The position numbers and the translations under genes are program-made. Source: Azolla caroliniana (Eukaryota; Plantae; Polypodiophyta). From it: DNA of 64,000 nucleotides. The notes under the pieces were generated by a model. It saw only the letters and a list, made by a program, of their open reading frames with translations, was not told where the DNA came from and made no database searches. This document shows positions 50,186 through 64,000 of this stretch, one piece after another. Position 1 is the stretch's first letter. Every line of letters starts with the position of its first letter. The stretch lies in the NCBI GenBank assembly GCA_043228905.1, contig JBHGNT010000010.1:2046001-2110000 (forward strand). The letters run 5' to 3'.

Positions 50186-51789
50186 ATCAATCAACATATA
50201 TACAATAATAGCCAACAAAGAGCAGAACATGTCGCTCAGTACTAATTATTCACATCTAAATTAGTCAGCAGATTCGACTCATGAATGCCTGTAACCCAAC
50301 ACATGAATGAATCAAATATGCATTCATAGCCAAATCAATAATTTACCTTGCTTGTTGCTGTGTTTTCTATAAATTCTTGATATGTGACCTAGATAGATAG
50401 AGATAGCAATGGGCGTCTGCGGATTGAGGCCCTCTTCTAGTTGTGCGTATTTATAGGCTTCACACATGACAACAAAAAAGCATGTAATAATTACGATCTC
50501 TTAGCTTAGTGGTGCTGGAGATAAGGCTGCCTTGTCAATGATTAGTACAAAGTGTACACCAAGACAAACCTCCATGATTAGTAGTAGCAAGAGATGTTTT
50601 ATCTATATGTATATGTAAATACCAAAAGAGAAACTTTTGTATTATCTGGATTCTGGTTCTTTTCTGAGGATCACATGAACGACATGGTGCCCAACCTCAT
50701 TGGATGTATTATCTTTGCAACAACATCCATTGGTAATGAAGAAGCTAGTGTCACATGTAACTACCATGTAAACAACATTAGAGTATTTTGTAAATTTTAC
50801 TAAGAATAGAGATTACGCAAATAAAAATTAAGCAAGTATAGTTATTGCGAGCTACTTTTGCTTGGATTTGTGGAAGAACCATCGGTACTCCATGCGGGTT
50901 GTCAACCATGAAAATGAGAGAGTTAAAGGGTGGATATTATCCGTAATTTATATCGACTATGTATGTATGTACAAAGAAGAGCTATAGGTAACCATTGATT
51001 AAGAGACGAAAAAATCATGGGCAAAGATTCATGTGTGTTTGAGATATCAATATATTAAATGTTCACATAGAAGCGGCAAAATATTCATGTATGTACTAGA
51101 TAAATGCATGTTGCTACATTTCTAGCAAGGAATCATTGTATTGTCATGATTTTGGGAGTTTGGGTTAGACATGACGGGTCTCTTTAATTTGGAGTTTGAT
51201 GTATAAACAAAGCTAATTATGGTACATAAGGAAAAGTTTTGGTCATTCGAGACATAAATGTAAGGATTCCCGAGTTCGCATTTTTTTTTTGCATAAGAGA
51301 TCATGTTTGAATATTAGGAAAGGAAGGTCATGTGAATACAACTATAATGTGACAAGGATCAACTGTGATAACTATGATTAATTCAATGCGGTGTGAGTAA
51401 AAGCTTTTCCTAAATAATTAGACATCCATTACAAGAAGCAAGGGAGTTGATGTCATCAATGATGTAATAGTTAAATGCTATGGTAGCTTAAATTTTGAAG
51501 TTTGAAAGATATAGATCCAAATTTTTATATTGCCATCGTTTCCTTTGTAAGGATAATCTCCTCGAGGCATGTGGAAGCCAAACTCGTCTAGATGCATAAG
51601 ATAAAATGGCAAAATGGTACTAATGTTAAGATAGATTTGAGAATTATCTCTAGTACTATCATATAGTACATAACATTGAGAATGCATGGGCTTTTTTTGT
51701 AACTGCACTATAAAAAAGCCCATGCATTAAAAATTGAGAATAGAATATAGACAAAGAAAATAGATGTCGAAGGAAAGCCTACGATGATG

Positions 51790-52020
51790 TACGGTTCGAT
51801 GCTGACAAAAACCATGAAGTGGAAAAAAATTTAAGCTTCAATTAAATATTTGAGATTTAAACTAATTCGAGAATTCAAAATAAAATGGTTGGATCGAACT
51901 ATGCATAATGCCACTTGGGAGAAAACATATGCTCTTAATTCCAACTTCCTGAATATTTATTTGCCATTGCAAGCGGGCAATGTTTTCGAAACGGGGAGTA
52001 TGTTCTAGGCATAACCTCAA
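51790..52020 (+). mobile_element. Remnant of a chromoviral gypsy 3' end (chromodomain, PPT, LTR start)
   Basis: KYLRFKLIREFKIKWLDRTMHNATWEKTYALNSNF at 51844-51948, then ACGGGGAGTA and TGTTCTAGG at 52001. Confidence 0.65.
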
Positions 52021-53621
52021 GGACTAATTTTATAGCAATTTTTTATGGGTTCCGAGGATTGGATAGTCGAGAAAGCAGCCATTTTGATTAGTTGTTAGAT
52101 AAACACATCCATGACTATTCTTCATTTTGTATCGGGAATGCATAACATATGTTTGGGAACATCACTCAATGCATCATGTTGTGCTTTCCATGATCTACAA
52201 CCACCCCAAAGGAGGAACCGCACAAAAAGTCTTTGCATGTCGTAACTTTATCAATTTTAAACGATTATGCCCCATGCACAATATCAAAGCCTCAACATAC
52301 ATTGTGTATCGCAACACCATTTCACTTCTAGAGATGAGATATAGAACCTTAAATTGCACCTTTTATTTCAAGATATTTAATTCGTATCATTAAGTTTGTA
52401 ATGTGTGTATCACATTGTTTCTTTAATATATGTATAAATCTTCTCACAAATATCTATGTATTACCTGACATTGTAAGCTATGAAATTTCTTATATGCACA
52501 TATCATACTGTAAAGGTATTCAACATATTATATTACATGACCATCCTCGTCATTGATTCTCTTTAATAATCTATTTGGATTATGACACACATCATTATTT
52601 AGTCGAAATTTGGCTTTGAAGAGTTTCCTCCTTTTATTTTTCCTTATGCTTGACGAATATTCTCTTAAGGTTAAAACAATTATAGACTAGGAAACTACAT
52701 ATTGCAAAGAGGAGACCCCAATATGTGTTCAACAATGTTCTTCAATTTTGCACATATGCTATGGATAAGGTGCATTACCTTGCATATGTGCAACTACATG
52801 ATATAGATGCTTAATGAGGATATGTTTACATACAATAAGAATCGCATGTGGAAAACTTGGAAGTAGGATATAGTTTTGAAGTAGTTTAAACAATCCAGTG
52901 AATATGCTATGACTTCGTTAATCCACCTAGACACACATGTAAAATTCTCTTAAATATATATGTTAGAACTTGGAAGACAAGAGATACAATGACGGTTAAT
53001 TGTGAAGAGACCTTTGTGTGGCACCATCAATAACTTCATCGCAAACAACTACATTTATGAAAGGACGTTCTTTTAAGACACGTACCTCAAAGAAAGTTCT
53101 AAAGATGGTAGTGAGCAAATCAATAAACAATTGAACGTATACTAATTAAAATTAGAAATGGATACCTACAATCATCCATTCTAATATCTTGAATCAGAAT
53201 AAAAATCATTTCGATATTATTCTACAGTGATACTCCAACATGGTATCATTTTTTTAGGAGTAACTGAGATGTTAACATGTGGATTATATGCAATGTGTTG
53301 CCCATAGCTCAAAACGTTCCTTGACAGCTAACTTTGTGGATCAAAATGACAGATGATCAAAGCAAAACCATAAATATCTTCTTAGTGTATGAGATTGTAT
53401 TTTCATATTTGGAGTTTTTTTATTTGAGTATTATGTTGAAATGTCAAGCTCAACCATATAGCTTGTGAGTGAATATAGACTCCTAAAGACACGAGTTTGT
53501 AAAGCCCACACTTGCATTAAATGTAAGGGAGATAGATACCTTATAATGAATGTAGACTGCATATTGTTTCGTATCCCATTCACTCTCACCTCATTTTAGA
53601 TTGCTTTCGAACATCTTTGTC

Positions 53622-54261
53622 TGTTGGGATTTCGGTCCCTCCGGATGGGATGTCCGGAGATGAATGACGGCAAGCCCGGTTGCGGTTACGGAGCCGGATG
53701 ATGAAGACCCCGGTTACGGAGCCGGATGATGAAGACCCCGGCTACGGAGCCGGATGATGAAGACCCCGGTTACGGAGCCGGATGACGAATGTACCCGGAG
53801 AGAGATCCGGATGCGGAGACATATTTGTGAATATGTTTGCCAAGAGCCCTTGAGGCTATATTTGTAAATAGCCCGAAAGTCATATGTGTATAAATATGAC
53901 TTAGGGCAAACAGTTTTAGTTGTTGCTCATTTTCTGTTTTCCACTAAGAGGGAGCGAAGTGAGAGCAGCCGAGAGAGAGTGAGAGAGAAGGAGGAAGGAA
54001 GAGGTCGACGCCTCTGTGTAATACCGCCGCCTGTGGCGAGGACAGCGAGCTCAAGGTCGTCGCCTTGCAGCTCGCCATTGTACATTCCCGCGTATAGTGA
54101 TAGTTGGAGTCTTGCACTCCCGTGGTTTTTCCCATTTAGGGTTTTCCACGTAAAACATCCAGTGTGCCCTTCTCTCTATTGCTTTTCGTGCATTGTTGTA
54201 TTTCCCGTTTTCTGTGAATCGATCCTGTTCCTCGGTTGTGGCCGAGCACGGAAGTCCGACA
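53622..54261 (+). mobile_element. Solo LTR of copia family A1
   Basis: 640 bp, highly similar to 560-1198; perfect TSD TTGTC at 53617-53621 and 54262-54266. Confidence 0.97.
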
Positions 54262-54337
54262 TTGTCTACTTACAATTAGTATACACGCTCAATGCATTCT
54301 TTTGTTGACCTTGAGTTTTGCTTCACACACATTCAAA

Positions 54338-54810
54338 TTACTTCATAGTAGATGGAACATGAAGCAAGAATTGGCAACGACCTTCAGGTTCCCATTGTGG
54401 TGAAGAGGAATACTGCTTTGCATGCAATAACGTACAACAATTTATATCATCTTTCTTTATCAAGAAAACGTGGTTAGAGCTTATATTGTTTAATTGTGCT
54501 AAAACTTTAAAATTTCCCTCACCACCATCTAATATATATCTCTTAAAGTCATATATCTCTTTCAAGTGGAACACTTTCGATGTGGTGTATATGCATCACA
54601 TATGATGTCAAATAACTTTGGTAATGTGAAAGCATTATTTCAAGACAATTGTCTTGAGAATGTACTAAACATTTGATCAATATGGTCATGTGTGTGACCA
54701 ACCAAAAGGAAGTTAACTTTCACTTTCCTAAACACTCCTTGGTCCACCAACATACTCAAATATGTGAAGACAATTGAATTCTTATCCTCCCTACTTGTAT
54801 CGTTCAACTC
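54338..54810 (-). pseudogene. Sola1-like DDE transposase catalytic-core fragment
   Basis: LNDTSREDKNSIVFTYLSMLVDQGVFRKVKVNFLLVGHTHDHIDQMFS resembles the LDN..RENKN...LV..GVF..V...FL.VGHTH.DIDQ.FS core. It continues after a stop and frameshift with FHLKEIYDFKRY...HVFLIKK...LHAKQYS. Confidence 0.75.
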
Positions 54811-57800
54811 ATCCATGTTGATGTTGGCATGACCCTGGTCATCGGTGGTAGCCTGATTGGCATGACCTTGATTGATTGAATCCACATTGTAGTCATACTC
54901 TTTAACGGAGAACCCCTGGCTTAGCTTGGATCATCAAGCTGACTCAATAGATGGTAGACATATGCAATATTCCTCAACAGAAAAGAGTGTACCTATTGAT
55001 GTAAAATATTCCTCAACAAAAATGGCCAGGCCTGACTCATGTCTCCTTCTAGAATCATTCAACTACTCACCCTATGATGACTTGTTCAAATGAGGTTCTC
55101 GTATGGATAATATAAGAGACCATGCATGTAATAAATGTGCGTCTAAAATAGTATTAAAATTATCGAGATTTTAACCCAACTAACCCTAACTATAGCCTTC
55201 ATACAACATCACTTAACTAAACATATCTAACCCTAAATATAGTCGTGGTCAGTTATAAATAGGAGGCACCCTCTTCATATGAGATGCCAAAGCAAGAGGG
55301 CGTGTACAAAGCACAGAGTGTTGCAATACACAAAGCGAGCACTGAGTTCATGAAGCGCGTTAGCATTACAAAACAATGGCAAGCAAGATGTGAGAATGCA
55401 AGGATTCGAGATGATTCTATTTCTAAACTGTATGGACATTTGACTACAACTTCGCTTGAAAATAGTGTGTTGTTTAGTTACATGTTCATCGACAACGAGT
55501 ATGGAAAGCCTACATATTTTTGCCCAATCAAATAGAACTCGATACTTTGTATCGAGTTCAGAGATCTACAAGTTGTTCCTTCATGTCATCTTAACACCAA
55601 ACTCGATACAAAGCACCCAATATCAAAGTAAGTTATACTACTTGCTTCTATTAAGGAAGGAAACGTTCAGGGGGAGTTTTGGTCATTGGAGACATTATTG
55701 TAAGGATTCCCAAGGTCGCATATTTTTTGCTACATCCATAAGCGAGCATCTTTGAATATTAGGAAAGGAAGGTCATGTGATGACTCTATAATGTGACAAG
55801 GATCAACCATGATAACTATGATTAATTCAATGCCATGTGAGCAAAAGCTTTTCCTACATAATTAGACGTCTTATACAAGAAGCAAGGGAGTGGAGTTGAT
55901 GTCATCAATGATGTAATAATCAAATGTTATGCTACCTTATATTTTGAAGTTTGAGAGATATAGATCCAAATTTTCATTTTCGCATGGTTATCTTTGTAAG
56001 GATAATCCGCTCGAGGCATGTTGAAGCCAAACTTGTACATGCATAAGATAAAATGGCAAATTTGGTACTTATGTTGACAAATTTGAGAATTTGCACTAGT
56101 ACAATCATATATAATACATAATATTGAGAATGCATGGGTTGTTTTAACTGCATTGTAAAGCAAATACAAAATGGACAAAGGAAGTAGATGTCGAAGGAAA
56201 ACCTATGATGGTTCGATGGTACAAAAAGCATAAGGACCAATGAAGTGGCAAGTTTTTTAAGCTTGAACTAAATATTTGAGATCTAAACTAATTTGAGAAT
56301 TCAAAATAAAATGGTTGGATCGTATTATACGTGACACCACTAGGCATAATCTCAAGGACTAATTTTGTAGCTAATTTTAATGGGTTATGGGTTGGATAGT
56401 TGGGAAACCAGTCAGCCTAAGAATTGTGACAAACTCATATGGACTTATGACACATAGAAACATGTGGTAAGAAGCCTTAAGTGTAAGGAAACATGCGAGT
56501 TGCTATCCCCTTCATTACAACATTTCGAGATGTTTACAAGACTCTATTGGTGACACTAATCTCTCCTCTTTAGAACTATTGGCTCCATGTCGAATCGTGT
56601 CCACTTGCTCATCTAGCTTTGCATCGACTCATGTCAACTTGCTCACTAAGCATTCAAGATACACACATCCAATACTATTCTTCATTTTGTACTAGGAATG
56701 GATTACATATGTTTGGGAACATCGGTCAATGCATCATGTTGTGCTTTCCATGAATGCATGTGATTGTGGACATTAAAAAACTCAAATCTATATGTCCAAA
56801 CTTTGTGTTATTTGTTTATTTATTGGCTATTTATTTCAAATTAAAGGATACAAAACAAAGTCTTGTCTCTAGTTGAAAATTTTGGGACTTTAAAAGTCGA
56901 AAAATATGGCATTGATAACAATTATTTCTCTAGCTCAAATCTGGGACTTGGCCTTGCAATTTGTTTCATAAATCAAGCAACACGAGACACTTTCAAATGA
57001 GAACGACCCATAACGTTAAATTCAGATGCTTTCTCGATTGCTCCTACATGAAGAAGTCAAAACACTCGAAGAGAGACGGGAAATCTCGAAGATTACCGTG
57101 TCCGAAGAAGTACACAAAATCAGACCAATGGCACTTTTGAGAGGTACTCGAACAAATACCGAGAGAAGGAGATTTTTAATGAATAGCCTTGCATAATGAT
57201 TGGTAAGGGCAAATTTTGCAATTACTCAAAAGTTGGTTGTAAATCTATATATAATATATAAATTGCTACCTGGAATTTATTTCAATTCAATTTGCTTCGC
57301 AAAATTTCAGCGGTTTCGTTTGTGAAGGGGAAAAAATAAATAAACAGAAAACTTCCGCGCTAATTAATTCCTTTGGCAGCGGCGTTGCCCAAATTCATCC
57401 TTATAAGGGTAACTAATCACGTTCTAATTTAGGAAACCTTTTGAATGATCAGTTTTTAACGTTGTTATCTAATTAGTGATGATGATGATGATGATGATGA
57501 CCCAATTATAGTGATTTGTTGGCTCGTGCATCTTTTCGGATGATTGATCGATCAAACCACATGGACGCTTTCGCGCTCGGATTGCTTGCGCCACCCGCCC
57601 GCTCCGTCAAGCTTGCTCCCGAAGCCTACCTCCAAACAGAAAATATAGGGCCCCATTTCCTCGAAGACCTAGAGTCCCAATTGGAACAAGCTAAGCAAAA
57701 GGTAAGATCTCGCGATAGCGCATAGGGTTCCACTTGGATAGCATTGTATGTGTGTATTTGCATGTGAGATTGTGTATTTCCCATATAGCATATGTAAATT

Positions 57801-60800
57801 AGGAGGGAGAACCCCATAAAGTGGATAGTTTTTGAAATTGCATGCTTCTATTAACTAGTTTCTTTGCTTGCATACACTAAATTTATACAACATGGAGTAA
57901 AGTTGAAAAGATATGTTGGATTTATATTTGGTTCATAGACATGTGATATGACAACATATATAAATAGTGAACCCCCTTGGAAGTTGTTTGACCTTGCACT
58001 ACACATACTCTAGTGTGTATTCATGGGTGTTAATAATGTAGCGAACTTGTCCACGTGAATATCCACTTAATCTATACATACACATTCATACCTCAAATGT
58101 TGAGGCTAGGATATGATGTGTTGGACATAGTTGCTTAAAATATATAAATTTAAAATATTCAACGGCTTAAAATTTTGTGACCCTCCCCCTTGATTGTGGC
58201 CATGAACGAATCAAAATAAGGACACATTTTCCAACCAAAGATAGTAACGAAGATGGATGGCAATGGCCACTAGATGACACAACTAACACTCATTGTCATT
58301 ATTTTTGTTACTTGTTGTTAAAGAGGATATCCTTATCTTCATTCATCTACAACTACTCCAATGGAGGAACCTCACAAAAAGTCTTTGCATGTTGTAACTT
58401 TATCTATTTTAAAAGATTACGCGCCATGCACAATATCAAAACTTCAACATACATTGTGTATTGCAACACCATGACACTTCTAGAGATGAGATATAGAAAC
58501 TTAAATTGCATTTGTGATTTCAAGATATTTAATTGGTATGATTAAGTTTGTAATGTGTACATACATTTAGTTATCAACATGTTGCCTTAATCTACCTAAG
58601 TATTAGCTAGCATTGTAAGGTGTGAATGGTGTAAAGGTAACCAACATTGTATAATTACATGAACATCCTAGTCATTGATTGCCTTTGATAATATATTTGG
58701 ATGATCACATACATCATTACTTAGTAGAAATTTGGCTTTAGGGAGTTTCATTCCTTTATTTTTCGAATGTTTGACTAATATTCTCCTAAGCTAAATACAA
58801 TTATAGGTTAGGAAACTATATATGGCAAATAGGGGATCCTAGTATGTATTCAACAAGGTTCCTCAATTTTGCACATAAGCTATGGATAAGGTTCATTACA
58901 TTGCATATGTGCAACTAGATAATATAGATGCTTAATGAGGTTATGTTTTATGTACAATAAGAATCGCATGTGAAAAACTTTAAACTAGGATGTAGTTTTG
59001 AAGCAGTTTTAACAAGTCACTAAATATGCTACAACTTCATTAATCCACCGAGACACACATGTAAAATTCTCTTAAATATATATGTTAGAATTTGGAAGAT
59101 AAGTGATGCATGGAGGGTTAATTGTGAAGAGACCTTAATGTGGCTCCACCAATAATTTCACCTTACCCAACTACATTTATCAAAGGAATATGGCCCTCCC
59201 CATAGTTTGATTTCATCCCCTTTTTTCGCCTTATTTTTCATTCTCTTTTTTCTCCTTGCATTGAACATGTTTAACTTACTAAAGAGCATGAATGAAATAT
59301 AGATTAAGTTACATTTGTTAAATCAACCAAAATTGCCATTATGTGTCAATATCAATCCTAACAAAGTAATTACTTCATGTTATAGACAATACTTCTTAGA
59401 GAACAAGAGCAACAACGAGAAAGGCCTACACCTCACATAACCAAGGTAGGGCTATGATGTGGTTCTTTACTTACGATCATGCATTTCTTCTTTCATAGAC
59501 GTTCAAGTATATGTATTTAGGTTTGCAATAGATGTTTTTATGTAGTTTGTCCCAAGTTCTGAAAGGATTTGACTATTACATATGAAATCAGATGAGGAAC
59601 ATCTTATATACTAAATGTCTATAAAAAGTGGAGATCTACATTTTGGTGTGAAAGTTTTTTGGAGGTTTTGACTCGCACTATTCCACCTTGTATATATGTA
59701 TATCTATTTATGGATTAGATGCACTTTTTTGTAGGCAAGAACTACTTTTTGGGCTTAGATCTTTGAAAGAATCACAACATTAGTCATTTTAAGATATGTA
59801 CCCGAAGAAAGTTTCAAAGATGGTAGTGAGCAAATCAATAAACATTTGAATTTGTACTCTTTAAAATTAGAAATTGACACCTACACTCATCCATTCTAAT
59901 CTCTCGAAACAGAACAAAAAACACTATTTGGGAACATTGCTAGTGGACTGTGGAACACAATATCATTCTATAGTGATAGTACAACGTGGTATCATTTTTT
60001 TAAGGGTAACTAACATGTTAACATGTGTAATATCATGTCTACGTATTGTAGGCAATGGGTTGCCTATAGCTTAGAACATTCCTTGACAGCTAGCTTTGCG
60101 GATGGAAATGACATATGATCAAAGCCAAAGCATGAATATCTTCTTAGATTATGAGATTGTATTTCCATTTTGGGTTTATTTTTTATTTGAGTTTTGTAGG
60201 ATTATTATGTTGAGATGTCAAACTCAACCATATAATTCGTGTATGAACATAGACTCCTAAAGACCTGTGTATGTAAAGCCCACCCTTTCATTAAATGTAA
60301 GGGAGATACTTTATAATGAATGTATAGTGGATACTTTTTTATTTCCCGCTCAATCTCACCTCTTTTTAGATTGCTTTCAATGACTTTGTGTGCTTAGAAT
60401 TAGTATACACACTCAAAGTCTCAATGCATTCTTTTTGTTGACCTTGACCTATGCTTCACACACAATCAAATTACTTTTATAATGTAGAACTATATTACTT
60501 AGTTCTTTATGTCATCGTAGTGTGTAATATGAGCGCATGCCCATATCCATATTAACTAGTCAATATTATAGCCCACATCCTCAATCATGTACACCCTCAC
60601 TTATCACCTAGGCCACTAGGAATTTGTATTCTTGCAGTTGCAAGCCTTTTATGGTCCACGTAGTGAACCACCTGTCTACCCAATCTCATCACCACAACCA
60701 TGAAGGTAATTAATATTCTTGAACCAAGACATCCAAGGAACATACCTCTAGAACTAAGAGTGTTATACCATGAATCAATGTATGGAGGAGGGTATGCATA

Positions 60801-63800
60801 GTGGAAATTTCCATAATGATTGGTGGTGGTTCACCACATGCAAAAAGTGTAGAAAATTGAAGGAATGTGATAAGGATGATGGAGGAGAAAAATAAATAAG
60901 TCATTTGCTTTAATTATAAACATACTCACATAGTTATGTTTATTCATTCTATTCCTAAACTTTGTGTGTGTTTAAGGTTAAAATATATAATTTCATCATT
61001 CCTTGAATTTTGTATCAAAATGTGGATCTTAAGATTGACAACATTGTTTTGTATGTCATTTTGTGATGAAGCAAATTACATCAGAAAGTCGTTATTGGAC
61101 TAATGAAGAAAGGCAACGGTTTGAAAAGGCGTTGAAAACGTAAGTTTAAAATGCATTGGATCGTTGTGTTTATCTCGCACATACATGTGCTCTAATGTGC
61201 ACATAAATATGCTCAATAGAAAGATGTGCATGCTTGATCAATGGATTGGCAATTTGGCTGGAATAGAAACTGTCGAACATCTCAATAATGCAAGGGTTCA
61301 CATTGTCCACATTCTTTATATTTCCACCAAACATCAAAGTACAGAATATTGATTGTTTATGACATCAAGGGTTTCACTTTCCCTAGATACAACACCGACC
61401 ATTTGTTCCTTTATCATCTCTTTCTATTGTTCGCAAATATTGTTTCTTTTCTTGGTTAGTATATTGCATGACATGAACGCATATATATATCTTTATTATT
61501 GTGAGAACAATCAACTTTTACAGTAGATACAAGCTATGTCTCACAAACAAACAAAACATGAACCATTGAAGAGTACTTTGGACAAACAACGAACTCCTCT
61601 TATGACAAACTAAATAGAAGAATGAAAGGATATAATCTGCCCTGATTGTCTATCTTCTTTCTTGCTATTGAAATTTGAAGGAAGCAATTGCAATTAATCT
61701 TTCTCCCTTTTTCCCATAATGTTTCTTTTCCTTTTTCGCTCTTCGTGGTGATAAGAGTTTTATTGCTTCCTCACCATCAAGTTGCAATTGTTGCTAGCAC
61801 AACCACTTCTTATAATTGTCTCTCATGCAACTCACTACTCCCCAACTTTCCGTCTTTGAGTATCACTTGTGTATTTTGGCTTTGGCATCTATCCCCAAAT
61901 GCATATTTCTTCAATAAGGCTTAAGCAACATACTTTCCAAGAGTTACAATGGATGTTCGTCAAAACTTCTTTCATGTTGTTTCCATGTGAACCAAATTAT
62001 ATTTTCTCTACATTTAGCTTATTCTTTCATGAAGTCATAAGGACATGACTTGTGCATGTAACACTTTGCTTAGTTGTGCCATGGATAAATGGTGGATGCA
62101 CTGTCATGAGACATACATGAAATGAACATCATGAGATAACATACAAAAATATTTGAAGAGTCACACTTCAGTATCTCTTGGGCATGGAACATTCAAACAT
62201 CGTGATGCCCCCACTTACGAAATACAAAAGTTTGAAGGTCCATTTATCATGACCTTGGACAAAAAAACCATTTGCCCATCTTCATGCAAGAGTTTTTAGA
62301 AAAAATAATTATTAGCAATCTAATGACATGTTTTAACTACTAACATTCCATACATAAAGATATTGAAATTTAATATAAGTTTGAATTATTCCTTCAATAT
62401 CAAATATGTTGGAATTTTCTCTTTTATACACCATAGATTTTTTTTCCTTGCATACTTGGATCATCCTTTCCAATTTTGTGTGAGAGTTCAAACCATTTTT
62501 TTCTATGGAAACCATGATATACAAAGAGAATATATGCTACATATAGGTTTGGAACCGACTTTGTTGCCATTGCAAAATTTGTTGGAACTAGAAGCTCAAC
62601 TCAAGTTCGAACTCATGCTCAAAAATACTATGCAAAACTTGTACGTAACAATCAAAGCATTCTAATCAAAATAACTTGAAATTCTTTTAAGTTTCAATAC
62701 GTGCATTCTTACTCTGGCTCGATTTCAAGCATTCGTGGACTTAACTTTCCACCCATCTCTTACTATGAAAATTTCCATTACATTCTCCATTAGATTAGTT
62801 TGAGTAAATTATTCAAAAATGATAGGAATCGTGGTGATATGTGCACACCCATCCATGATTATTTGTCCATTGAGTAGAGCAATTCAATAATATTCGAGAG
62901 TATACATAACAATACATTGACAAATAAAAAATGAACATTTAAGATATGATAATTGAAAAGACTAATTGTTGTGTAGATAAGAGACTATAAGCGATCTGGG
63001 AAAACCCAAGGGACCGGTAAAGAGCCAAAACTTCTAATTAGGAACCTACCAACATTGCAATATTGAGTGAAATACTAGTAAAAAGTTTCAAACTTCTTGT
63101 ACAAATATCTTATTGTGAAGAAGTGTTTGGGACCTTTCACTTTATTAATTGGTCGAGTTATCTTTTCATGCATGAACTAATGAGAAATCATGAAAAAATA
63201 CCACAAATTTATAGGATTCTGGTATAGATTTATTTTAGTTCAATTCATATTGTTATTTGCTATATATAATATAAACAAGGAAGTTTGAAATCTGTAATCA
63301 CTATTTTAGTGAATGTGGATCCCTATTTTGTCAAATACCATAGAGGAATATAATTTCATGTCATTGTGAATTCATCTTGGAAAATTATTTTAGTTTATTT
63401 AGATTTTGACAATTTTCTCAAGAGGCATGATGATGACTTTCCATTGAATATGAAAACCTTTTGTTATTGAGCATCATTGCATGATGTAATGGGATTACTC
63501 AGGATTAAAACAAATAAACAAGTCAATACATTCCAAATTTGTGAATCTTTGAATTGCATGCACATGAAGGTAAGTGATTTCAAATACTCTTCGGCACATT
63601 ATAAAATAGAATTGATTGATCAACTCATTCACTCTTCCGACAAGGATCACCCTTGTCAAATGTTGAATTACAAGATTTTAGAACATTTGCAATGGAGCTC
63701 ACAATGAAGGTTCTTGCTCAATGCAACATCTTCAAATTTCTAGCAACTTTAGTTCATAGTGGGAAACTCACATATTCTTCTGCTATGGGACATTTGTTTG

Positions 63801-64000
63801 TATCTCATATCTTCAATACTATGGAGATTCAATATAATATAAACAAGTTGGTCTCATCTTATGTGATAACCAATCATTCTTCTACACCTTAAAAAGTAGT
63901 CATTTTACTTGCCCTTGTTATGAAGAAAAGAATCTTGAGGTCCATGCAATCATTTGTAAAATGGGAAGTTGTTGGCGATCTAGAGAGCGTGAAATTACCT

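Larger units (their letters stand above)
51236..60476 (+). repeat. Old direct duplication of a composite unit of about 2.5 kb (copy 1 about 51236-54343; copy 2 about 55676-60476, interrupted)
   Basis: Matching blocks: 51236-52070 / 55676-56400; 52100-52190 / 56660-56750; 52190-53065 / 58345-59185; 53085-54343 minus the solo LTR / 59805-60476. Confidence 0.85.

Noticed and set aside
49916-50190. Possible CRISPR-like array
   Set aside because: Contiguous tandem units without unique spacers, no cas genes, eukaryotic context
52127-58545. Similar short ORFs at 52127..52393 and 58177..58545 as a conserved gene
   Set aside because: Explained by the local duplication; no recognisable domain or clear synonymous bias by eye
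60500-64000. Short ORFs in the AT-rich tail
   Set aside because: No recognisable motifs or consistent exon chain; may be decayed TE sequence I cannot identify

Overview
Eukaryotic, repeat-saturated plant DNA, by inference a non-seed plant such as a fern or lycophyte. No intact host gene, rRNA, tRNA gene or CRISPR array is visible. Bases 1-47 kb are a deep nest of retroelements: Ty1/copia elements of two families (tRNA-Met PBS, 5-bp TSDs), a Ty3/gypsy family with a tRNA-Trp PBS, 4-bp CpG-centred TSDs and a conserved -1 slippery site, several solo LTRs, and an APE-RT LINE with a (TTTC)n tail. Removing the nested insertions by their TSDs reveals the most interesting item. It is an intron-containing, now pseudogenised gene (20611-48619, +) encoding a ParB/Srx-like N-terminal domain joined to a bacterial-type beta-class N6-adenine/N4-cytosine DNA methyltransferase domain. 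It sits head-to-head with the N-terminus of a Sola1-like DDE transposase (19253-19794, -), and a transposase catalytic-core fragment lies downstream (54338-54810, -). Together these suggest a DNA transposon carrying its own amino-methyltransferase. Bases 49-64 kb are AT-rich, with local direct and inverted duplications, a perfect hairpin, a 42-bp tandem array and decayed TE remnants. All calls were made by eye; no database searches were run.
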